NCBI GenBank assembly: GCA_038087875.1
Contig: JAXLNO010000203.1
Location: forward strand, 1-64,000
DNA from: Malacoraja senta
Taxonomy: Eukaryota
Reading direction: 5' to 3'
DNA: 64,000 nt
Below the pieces are notes generated by a model that saw only the letters and a program-made list of their open reading frames with translations, was not told where the DNA came from and did no database searches. Positions 49,961-61,900 of the stretch are shown here, piece by piece; position 1 is the first letter of the stretch; each line of letters begins with the position of its first letter. The position numbers and the translations under genes are program-made.

Positions 49961-52900
49961 AAAGTCGCCATAAATCCGGCAAGTTTGCCATAAATCTGCA
50001 AAGCCGCCATAATTCCGGCAAGGTCGCCGGATTTCCGGCACGGTCGCCATAAATCCGGCTAGGACGCCATAAATCCGGCAGTCGCCATATTTCCGGCAAG
50101 GTCGCGTCAAATCCGGCTAGGTCGCCACATTTCCGGCAAGGTCGCCATAGATCCGGCAAGGTCGCCACAAATCCGGCAAGGTCGCAACATTTCGGCAAGG
50201 TCGCCAGAAATCCACCATCGTCGCCACAAATCCGGCAAGGTCGCCACATTTCCGGCAAGGTCGCCATGAATCCGGCAAGGTCGCCACAAATCCGGCAGGG
50301 TCGCCACATTTCCGGCAATGTCGCCATATTTCCGGCAAGGTCACTATAAATCCGGCAAGGTCGACACGAATGCGGCAAGGTCGCAATAAATCCGGCAAGG
50401 TCGCCACAAATCCGGCAGGGTCGCCACATTTCCGGCAATGTCGCCATATTTCAGGCCAGGTCGCCATAAATCCGGCAAGGTCGGCATAATTCTGGCGAGG
50501 TCGCTATATATCCCGCAAAGTCGCCATAAATCCAGCAAGGTCGCCATAAATCTGCAAAGTCACCATAACTCCGGCAAGGTCGCCGTATTTCCGGCACGGT
50601 CGCCATAAATCCGGCTAGGACGCCATAAATCAGGCAAGGTCGCCACATCCCCGGCAAGGTCGCCACACATCCGTCAAGGTCGCCACATTTCAGGCAAGGT
50701 CGCCATATATCCGGCAAGGTCGCCACAAATCCGGCAATGTCGCCACATTTCCGGCAAGGTCGCCATTAATCCGGGAATGTCGCCATAAATCCGGCAAGGT
50801 CGCCACATTCCGGGCAACATCGCCATAAATCCTGCTAGGACGCCATAAATCCGGCAAGGTCGTCACATCACCGGCAAGGTCGCCATGAATTCGGCAAGGT
50901 CGCCACAAATCCGTCAAGGTCGCCACATTTCAGGCAAGGTCGCCATATATCCGGCAAGGTCGCCATAAATCCGGCAAGGTCGCCACAAATCCAGCAGGGT
51001 CGCCACAAATGCGGCAAGGTCGCCACATTTCCGGCAAGGTCGCCATAAATCCGGCAAGGTCGCCACAAATCCGGCAAGGTCGCCATAAATCCGGCAAGGT
51101 CGCCACAAATCCGGCAAGGTCGCCACATTTCCGGCAAGGTCGCCATAAATCCGGCAAGGTCGCCACAAATCCAGCGGGGTCGCCACAAATGCGGCAAGGT
51201 CGCCACATTTCCGCCAAGGTCGCCACATTTCCGGCAAGGGCGCCATTAATCCGGGAATGTCGCCATAAATCCGGCAAGGTCGCCACATTCCCGGCAAGGT
51301 CGCCATGAATCCTGCAAGGTCGCCACAAATCCGGCAAGGTCGCCACATTTCAGGCAAGGTCGCCATTAATCCGGCAAGGTCGCCACAAATCCGGCAAGGT
51401 CGCCACATTTCCGGCAATGTCGCCATATTTCCGGCAAGGTCACCATAAATCCGGCAAGGTCGCCACAAAAGCGGCAAGGTCGCCATAAATCCGGCAAGGT
51501 CGCCATATTTCCGGCAAAGTCGCCATATATCCGGCGAGGTCGCCATATTTCCGGCGGTCGCCATAAATCGGGCACGGTCGCCATAATTCCGGCGATGTCG
51601 CCATAGTTCCGGCAAAGTCGCCATAAATCCGGCAAGTTTGCCATAAATCTGCAAAGTCGCCATAACTCCGGAAAGGTCGTCGTATTTCCGGCACGGTCGC
51701 CATAAATCCGGCTAGGACGCCATAAATCCGGCAAGGTCGCATATTTCCGGCAAGGTCGCGTCAAATCCGGCCAGGTCGCCACATTTCCGGCAAGGTCGCC
51801 ATAGATCCGCCAAGGTCGCCACAAATCCGGCAAGTTCGAACATTTCGGCAAGGTCGCCAGAAATCCAGCATCGTCGCCAGAAATCCGGCAAGGACGCCAC
51901 ATTTCCGGCAAGGTCGCCATAAATCCGGCAAGGTCGCCACAATTCCGGCAAGGTGGCCACAATTCCGGCAATGTCGCCATAAATCCGGCAAGGTCGACAC
52001 AAATCCGGTAAGGTCGCCACATCCCCGGCAAGGTCGTCACAAATCCGTCAAGGTCGCCATATTTCAGGCAAGGTCGCAATAAATCGGGCAAGGCCGCCAC
52101 AAATCCGGCAAGGTCGCCACATTTCCGGCAAGGTCGCCATTAATCCGGGAATTTCGCCATAAATCCGGCAAGGTCGCCACATTCCCGGCAAGGTCGCCAT
52201 AAATCCGGCAACGTCGCCACAAATCCGGCAAGGTCGCCACATTTCCGGCAAGGTCGCCATAAATCCGGCAAGGTGGCCACAAATCCAGCAAGGTCGCCAC
52301 AAATGCGGCACGGTCGCCACATTTTCGGCAATGTCGCCATAAATCCGGCAAGTTCGCCACAAATCCGACAAGGTCGCCATAAATCCGGTAAGGTCGCCAC
52401 ATTTTCGGCAAGAACGCCATAAATCCGGCAAGGTCGCCACAAATCCGCCAAGGTCGCCACATTTCCGGCAAGGTCGCCATAAATCCGGCAAGGTCGCCAC
52501 AAATCCGGCAAGGTCACCACATTTCCGGCAAGGTCGCCACATTTCCGGCAAGGTCGCCATTAATCCGGGAATGTCGCCATAAATCCGGCAAGGTCCCCAC
52601 ATTCACGGCAAGGTCGCCATAAATCCGGCGAGGTCGCCATATTTCCGGCGAGGTCGCCATAAATCGGGCAAGGTCGCCATAATTTCGGCGATGTCGCTAT
52701 AGTTCCGGCAAAGTCGCCATAAATCCGGCAAGTTTGCCATAAATCTGCAAAGTCGCCATAACTCCGGCAAGGTCGTCGTATTTCCCGCACGGTCGCCATA
52801 AATTCGGCTAGGACGCCATAAATCCGGCAAGGTCGCCATATTTCCGGCAAGGTCGAGTCAAATCCGGCAAGGTCGCCACATTTCCGACAAGGTCGCCATA

Positions 52901-55900
52901 GATCCGGCAAGGTCGCCACAAATCCGGCAAGTTCGCAACATTTCTGCAAGGTCGCCAGAAATCATGCAACGTCGCCAGAAATCCGGCAAGGTCGCCACAT
53001 TTCCGGCAAGGTCGCCATAAATCGGGCAAGGCCGCCACAAATCCGGCAAGGTCGCCACATTTCCGGCAAGGTCGCCATTAATCCGGGAATTTCGCCATAA
53101 ATCCGGCAAGGTCGCCACATTCCCGGCAAGGTCGCCATAAATCCGGCAACGTCGCCACAAATCCGGCAAGGTCGCCACATTTCCGGCAAGGTCGCCATAA
53201 ATCCGGCAAGGTCGCCACAAATCCAGCAAGGTCGCCACAAATGCGGCACGGTCGCCACATTTTCGGCAATGTCGCCATAAATCCGGCAAGTTCGCCACAA
53301 ATCCGACAAGGTCGCCAGAAATCCGGTAAGGTCGCCACATTTTCGGCAAGAACGCCATAAATCCGGCAAGGTCGCCACAAATCCGCCAAGGTCGCCACAT
53401 TTCCGGCAAGGTCGCCATAAATCCGGCAAAGTCGCCACAAATCCGGCAAGGTCACCACATTTCCGGCAAGGTCGCCACATTTCCGGCAAGGTCGCCATTA
53501 ATCCGGGAATGTCGCCATAAATCCGGCAAGGTCCCCACATTCACGGCAAGGTCGCCATAAATCCGGCGAGGTCGCCATATTTCCGGCGAGGTCGCCATAA
53601 ATCGGGCAAGGTCGCCATAATTTCGGCGATGTCGCTATAGTTCCGGCAAAGTCGCCATAAATCCGGCAAGTTTGCCATAAATCTGCAAAGTCGCCATAAC
53701 TCCGGCAAGGTCGTCGTATTTCCCGCACGGTCGCCATAAATTCGGCTAGGACGCCATAAATCCGGCAAGGTCGCCATATTTCCGGCAAGGTCGAGTCAAA
53801 TCCGGCAAGGTCGCCACATTTCCGGCAAGGTCGCCATAGATCCGGCAAGGTCGCCACAAATCCGGCAAGTTCGCAACATTTCGGCAAGGTCGCCAGAAAT
53901 CATGCAACGTCGCCAGAAATCCGGCATGGAAGCCACATTTCCGGCAAGGTCGCCATAAATCCGGCAAGGTCGCCACAAATCCGGCAAGGTCGCCACATTT
54001 CCGGCAAGGTCGCCATAAATCCGGCAAGGTCGCCACAAATCCAGCAGGGTCGCCACAAATGCGGCAAGGGCGCCACATTTCCGGCAAGGTCGCCACATTT
54101 CCGGCAAGGGCGCCATTAATCCGGGAATGTCGCCATAAATCCGGCAAGGTCGCCACATTCCCGGCAAGGGCGCCATAAATCCTGCAAGGTCGCCACAAAT
54201 CCGGCAAGGTCGCTTCATTTCCGGCAAGGTCGCCATTAATCCGGCAAGGTCGCCACAAATCCGGCAAGGTCGCCACATTTCCGGCAATGTCGCCATATTT
54301 CCGGCAAGGTCACCATAAATCCGGCAAGGTCGCCACATTTCCGGCAAGGTCGCCATAAATCCGACAAGGTCGCCACAAATCCAGCAGGGTCGCCACAAAT
54401 GCGGCAAGGTCGCCACATTTCCGGCAAGGTCGCCACATTTCCGGCAAGGGCGCCATTAATCCGGGAATGTCGCCATAAATCCGGCAAGGTCGTCACATTC
54501 CCGGCAAGGGCGCCATAAATCCTGCAACGTCGCCACAAATCCGGCAAGGTCGCTTCATTTCCGGCAAGGTCGCCATTAATCCGGCAAGGTCGCCACAAAT
54601 GCGGCAAGGTCGCCATAAATCCGGCAAGGTCGCCATATTTCCGGCAAGGTCGCCATAAATCCGGCGAGGTCGCCATATTTCCGGCGAAGTCGCCATAAAT
54701 CGGGAAAGGTCGCCATAATTCCGGCGATGTCGCCATAGTTCCGGCAAAGTCACCATAAATCCGGCAAGTTTGCCATAAATCTGCAAAGTCGCCATAACTC
54801 CGGCAAGGTCGTCGTATTTCCGGCACGGTCGCCATAAATCTGGCTAGGACGCCATAAATCCGGCAAGGTCGCCATAGATCCGGCAAGGTCGCCACAAATC
54901 CGGCAAGTTCGCAACATTTCGGCAAGGTCGCCAGAAATCCAGCATCGTCGCCAGAAATCCGGCAAAGACGCCGCATTTCCGGCAAGGTCGCCATAAATCC
55001 GGCAAGGTCGCCACATTTCCGGCAAGGTCGCCATAAATCCGGCAAGGTCGCCACAAATCCCACAAAGTCGCCATAAATCCGGCAAAGTCGCCACAACTCC
55101 GGCAAGGTCGCCACAATTCCGGCAAGGTCGCCATAAATCCGGCAAGGTCGACACATATCCGGTAAGGTCGCCACATTTCCGGCAAGGTCGCCATAAATCC
55201 GACAAGGTCGCCACAAATCCAGCAGGGTCGCCACAAATGCGGCAAGGTCGCCACATTTCCGGCAAGGTCGCCACATTTCCGGCAAGGGCGCCATTAATCC
55301 GGGAATGTTGCCATAAATCCGGCAAGGTCGCCACATTTCCGGCAAGGGCGCCATAAATCCTGCAAGGTCGCCACAAATCCGGCAAGGTCGCTTCATTTCC
55401 GGCAAGGTCGCCATTAATCCGGCACGGTCGCCACAAATCCGGCAAGGTCGCCACATTTCCGACGAGGTCGCCATATTTCCGGCGAAGTCGCCATAAATCG
55501 GGAAAGGTCGCCATAATTCCGGCGATGTCGCCATAGTTCCGGCAAAGTCTCCATAAATCCGGCAAGTTTGCCATAAATCTGCAAAGTCGCCATAACTCCG
55601 GCAAGGTCGTCGTATTTCCGGCACGGTCGCCATAAATCTGGCTAGGACTACATAAATCCGGCAAGGTCGCCATAGATCCGGCAAGGTCGCCACAAATCCG
55701 CCAAGGTCGCCACATTTCCGGCAAGGTCGCCATAAATCCGGCAAGGTCGCCACAAATCCGGCAAGGTCACCACATTTCCGGCAAGGTCGCCACATTTCCG
55801 GCAAGGTCGCCATTAATCCGGGAATGTCGCCATAAATCCGGCAAGGTCCCCACATTCACGGCAAGGTCGCCATAAATCGGGCAAGGTCGCCATAATTCCG

Positions 55901-58900
55901 GCGATGTCGCTATAGTTCCGGCAAAGTCGCCATAAATCCGGCAAGTTTGCCATAAATCTGCAAAGTCGCCATAACTCCGGCAAGGTCGTCGTATTTCTCG
56001 CACGGTCGCCATAAATTCGGCTAGGACGCCATAAATCCGGCAAGGTCGCCATATTTCCGGCAAGGTCGAGTCAAATCCGGCAAGGTCGCCACATTTCCGG
56101 CAAGGTCGCCATAGATCCGGCAAGGTCGCCACAAATCCGGCAAGTTCGCAACATTTCGGCAAGGTCGCCAGAAATCATGCAACGTCGCCAGAAATCCGGC
56201 ATGGAAGCCACATTTCCGGCAAGGTCGCCATAAATCCGGCAAGGTCGCCACAAATCCGGCAAGGTCGCCACATTTCCGGCAAGGTCGCCATAAATCCGGC
56301 AAGGTCTCCACAAATCCAGCAGGGTCGCCACAAATGCGGCAAGGGCGCCACATTTCCGGCAAGGTCGCCACATTTCCGGCAAGGGCGCCATTAATCCGGG
56401 AATGTCGCCATAAATCCGGCAAGGTCGCCACATTCCCGGCAAGGGCGCCATAAATCCTGCAAGGTCGCCACAAATCCGGCAAGGTCGCTTCATTTCCGGC
56501 AAGGTCGCCATTAATCCGGCAAGGTCGCCACAAATCCGGCAAGGTCGCCACATTTCCGGCAATGTCGCCATATTTCCGGCAAGGTCACCATAAATCCGGC
56601 AAGGTCGCCACATTTCCGGCAAGGTCGCCATAAATCCGACAAGGTCGCCACAAATCCAGCAGGGTCGCCACAAATGCGGCAAGGTCGCCACATTTCCGGC
56701 AAGGTCGCCACATTTCCGGCAAGGGCGCCATTAATCCGGGAATGTCGCCATAAATCCGGCAAGGTCGCCACATTCCCGGCAAGGGCGCCATAAATCCTGC
56801 AAGGTTGCCACAAATCCGGCAAGGTCGCTTCATTTCCGGCAAGGTCGCCATTAATCCGGCAAGGTCGCCACAAATCCGGCAAGGTCGCCACATTTCCGGC
56901 AATGTCGCCATATTTCCGGCAAGGTCACCATAAATCCGGCAAGGTCGCCACAAATGCGGCAAGGTCGCCATAAATCCGGCAAGGTCGCCATATTTCCGGC
57001 AAGGTCGCCATAAATCCGGCGAGGTCGCCATAAATCCGGCAAGGTCGCCATATTTCCGGCAAGGTCGCCATAAATCCGGCGAGGTCGCCATACTTCCGGC
57101 GAGGTCGCCATAGATCCGGCAAGGTCGCCACAAATCCGGCAAGTTCGCAACATTTCGGCAAGGTCGCCAGAAATCATGCAACGTCGCCAGAAATCCGGCA
57201 TGGAAACCACATTTCCGGCAAGGTCGCCATAAATCCGGCAAGGTCGCCACAAATCCGGCAAGGTCGCCACATTTCCGGCAAGGTCGCCATAAATCCGGCA
57301 AGGTCGCCACAAATCCAGCAGGGTCGCCACAAATGCGGCAAGGGCGCCACATTTCCGGCAAGGTCGCCACATTTCCGGCAAGGGCGCCATTAATCCGGGA
57401 ATGTCGCCATAAATCCGGCAAGGTCGCCACATTCCCGGCAAGGGCGCCATAAATCCTGCAAGGTCGCCACAAATCCGGCAAGGTCGCTTCATTTCCGGCA
57501 AGGTCGCCATTAATCCGGCAAGGTCGCCACAAATCCGGCAAGGTCGCCACATTTCCGGCAATGTCGCCATATTTCCGGCAAGGTCACCATAAATCCGGCA
57601 AGGTCGCCACATTTCCGGCAAGGTCGCCATAAATCCGACAAGGTCGCCACAAATCCAGCAGGGTCGCCACAAATGCGGCAAGGTCGCCACATTTCCGGCA
57701 AGGTCGCCACATTTCCGGCAAGGGCGCCATTAATCCGGGAATGTCGCCATAAATCCGGCAAGGTCGTCACATTCCCGGCAAGGGCGCCATAAATCCTGCA
57801 ACGTCGCCACAAATCCGGCAAGGTCGCTTCATTTCCGGCAAGGTCGCCATTAATCCGGCAAGGTCGCCACAAATGCGGCAAGGTCGCCATAAATCCGGCA
57901 AGGTCGCCATATTTCCGGCAAGGTCGCCATAAATCCGGCGAGGTCGCCATATTTCCGGCGAAGTCGCCATAAATCGGGAAAGGTCGCCATAATTCCGGCG
58001 ATGTCGCCATAGTTCCGGCAAAGTCACCATAAATCCGGCAAGTTTGCCATAAATCTGCAAAGTCGCCATAACTCCGGCAAGGTCGTCGTATTTCCGGCAC
58101 GGTCGCCATAAATCTGGCTAGGACGCCATAAATCCGGCAAGGTCGCCATAGATCCGGCAAGGTCGCCACAAATCCGGCAAGTTCGCAACATTTCGGCAAG
58201 GTCGCCAGAAATCCAGCATCGTCGCCAGAAATCCGGCAAAGACGCCGCATTTCCGGCAAGGTCGCCATAAATCCGGCAAGGTCGCCACATTTCCGGCAAG
58301 GTCGCCATAAATCCGGCAAGGTCGCCACAAATCCCACAAAGTCGCCATAAATCCGGCAAAGTCGCCACAACTCCGGCAAGGTCGCCACAATTCCGGCAAG
58401 GTCGCCATAAATCCGGCAAGGTCGACACATATCCGGTAAGGTCGCCACATTTCCGGCAAGGTCGCCATAAATCCGACAAGGTCGCCACAAATCCAGCAGG
58501 GTCGCCACAAATGCGGCAAGGTCGCCACATTTCCGGCAAGGTCGCCACATTTCCGGCAAGGGCGCCATTAATCCGGGAATGTTGCCATAAATCCGGCAAG
58601 GTCGCCACATTTCCGGCAAGGGCGCCATAAATCCTGCAAGGTCGCCACAAATCCGGCAAGGTCGCTTCATTTCCGGCAAGGTCGCCATTAATCCGGCACG
58701 GTCGCCACAAATCCGGCAAGGTCGCCACATTTCCGACGAGGTCGCCATATTTCCGGCGAAGTCGCCATAAATCGGGAAAGGTCGCCATAATTCCGGCGAT
58801 GTCGCCATAGTTCCGGCAAAGTCTCCATAAATCCGGCAAGTTTGCCATAAATCTGCAAAGTCGCCATAACTCCGGCAAGGTCGTCGTATTTCCGGCACGG

Positions 58901-61900
58901 TCGCCATAAATCTGGCTAGGACTACATAAATCCGGCAAGGTCGCCATAGATCCGGCAAGGTCGCCACAAATCCGCCAAGGTCGCCACATTTCCGGCAAGG
59001 TCGCCATAAATCCGGCAAGGTCGCCACAAATCCGGCAAGGTCACCACATTTCCGGCAAGGTCGCCACATTTCCGGCAAGGTCGCCATTAATCCGGGAATG
59101 TCGCCATAAATCCGGCAAGGTCCCCACATTCACGGCAAGGTCGCCATAAATCGGGCAAGGTCGCCATAATTCCGGCGATGTCGCTATAGTTCCGGCAAAG
59201 TCGCCATAAATCCGGCAAGTTTGCCATAAATCTGCAAAGTCGCCATAACTCCGGCAAGGTCGTCGTATTTCTCGCACGGTCGCCATAAATTCGGCTAGGA
59301 CGCCATAAATCCGGCAAGGTCGCCATATTTCCGGCAAGGTCGAGTCAAATCCGGCAAGGTCGCCACATTTCCGGCAAGGTCGCCATAGATCCGGCAAGGT
59401 CGCCACAAATCCGGCAAGTTCGCAACATTTCGGCAAGGTCGCCAGAAATCATGCAACGTCGCCAGAAATCCGGCATGGAAGCCACATTTCCGGCAAGGTC
59501 GCCATAAATCCGGCAAGGTCGCCACAAATCCGGCAAGGTCGCCACATTTCCGGCAAGGTCGCCATAAATCCGGCAAGGTCTCCACAAATCCAGCAGGGTC
59601 GCCACAAATGCGGCAAGGGCGCCACATTTCCGGCAAGGTCGCCACATTTCCGGCAAGGGCGCCATTAATCCGGGAATGTCGCCATAAATCCGGCAAGGTC
59701 GCCACATTCCCGGCAAGGGCGCCATAAATCCTGCAAGGTCGCCACAAATCCGGCAAGGTCGCTTCATTTCCGGCAAGGTCGCCATTAATCCGGCAAGGTC
59801 GCCACAAATCCGGCAAGGTCGCCACATTTCCGGCAATGTCGCCATATTTCCGGCAAGGTCACCATAAATCCGGCAAGGTCGCCACAAATGCGGCAAGGTC
59901 GCCATAAATCCGGCAAGGTCGCCATATTTCCGGCAAGGTCGCCATAAATCCGGCGAGGTCGCCATAAATCCGGCAAGGTCGCCATATTTCCGGCAAGGTC
60001 GCCATAAATCCGGCGAGGTCGCCATATTTCCGGCGAGGTCGCCATAGATCCGGCAAGGTCGCCACAAATCCGGCAAGTTCGCAACATTTCGGCAAGGTCG
60101 CCAGAAATCATGCAACGTCGCCAGAAATCCGGCATGGAAACCACATTTCCGGCAAGGTCGCCATAAATCCGGCAAGGTCGCCACAAATCCGGCAAGGTCG
60201 CCACATTTCCGGCAAGGTCGCCATAAATCCGGCAAGGTCGCCACAAATCCAGCAGGGTCGCCACAAATGCGGCAAGGGCGCCACATTTCCGGCAAGGTCG
60301 CCACATTTCCGGCAAGGGCGCCATTAATCCGGGAATGTCGCCATAAATCCGGCAAGGTCGCCACATTCCCGGCAAGGGCGCCATAAATCCTGCAAGGTCG
60401 CCACAAATCCGGCAAGGTCGCTTCATTTCCGGCAAGGTCGCCATTAATCCGGCAAGGTCGCCACAAATCCGGCAAGGTCGCCACATTTCCGGCGAGGTCG
60501 CCATATTTCCGGCGAAGTCGCCATAAATCGGGAAAGGTCGCCATAATTCCGGCGATGTCGCCATAGTTCCGGCAAAGTCTCCATAAATCCGGCAAGATCG
60601 CCATAAATCCGGCAAGGTCGCCACAAATCCGCCAAGGTCGCCACATTTCCGGAAAGGTCGCCATAAACCCGGCAAGGTCGCCACAAATCCGGCAAGTTCA
60701 CCACATTTCCGGCAATGTCGCCATATTTCCGGCAAGGTCACCATAAATCCGGCAAGGTCGCCACAAATACGGCAAGGTCGCCATAAATCCGGCAAGGTCG
60801 CCATATTTCCGGCAAGGTCGCCATAAATCCGGCGAGGTCGCCATATTTCCGGCGAGGTCGCCATAGACCCGGCAAGGTCGCCACAAATCCGGCAAGTTCG
60901 CAACATTTCGGCAAGGTCGCCAGAAATCATGCAACGTCGCCAGAAATCCGGCATGGAAACCACATTTCCGGCAAGGTCGCCATAAATCCGGCAAGGTCGC
61001 CACAAATCCGGCAAGGTCGCCACATTTCCGGCAAGGTCGCCATAAATCCGGCAAGGTCGCCACAAATCCAGCAGGGTCGCCACAAATGCGGCAAGGGCGC
61101 CACATTTCCGGCAAGGTCGCCACATTTCCGGCAAGGGCGCCATTAATCCGGGAATGTCGCCATAAATCCGGCAAGGTCGCCACATTCCCGGCAAGGGCGC
61201 CATAAATCCTGCAAGGTCGCCACAAATCCGGCAAGGTCGCTTCATTTCCGGCAAGGTCGCCATTAATCCGGCAAGGTCGCCACAAATCCGGCAAGGTCGC
61301 CACATTTCCGGCAATGTCGCCATATTTCCGGCAAGGTCACCATAAATCCGGCAAGGTCGCCACATTTCCGGCAAGGTCGCCATAAATCCGACAAGGTCGC
61401 CACAAATCCAGCAGGGTCGCCACAAATTCGGCAAGGTCGCCACATTTCCGGCAAGGTCGCAACATTTCCAGCAAGGGCGCCATTAATCCGGGAATGTCGC
61501 CATAAATCCGGCAAGGTCGCCACATTCCCGGCAAGGGCGCCATAAATCCTGCAAGGTCGCCACAAATCCGGCAAGGTCGCTTCATTTCCGGCAAGGTCGC
61601 CATTAATCCGGCAAGGTCGCCACAAATCCGGCAAGGTCGCCACATTTCCGGCAATGTCGCCATATTTCCGGCAAGGTCACCATAAATCCGGCAAGGTCGC
61701 CACAAATGCGGCAAGGTCGCCATAAATCCGGCAAGGTCGCCATATTTCCGGCAAGGTCGCCATAAATCCGGCGAGGTCGCCATAAATCCGGCAAGTTCGC
61801 CATATTTCCGGCAAGGTCGCCATAAATCCGGCGAGGTCGCCATATTTCCGGCGAGGTCGCCATAGATCCGGCAAGGTCGCCACAAATCCGGCAAGTTCGC

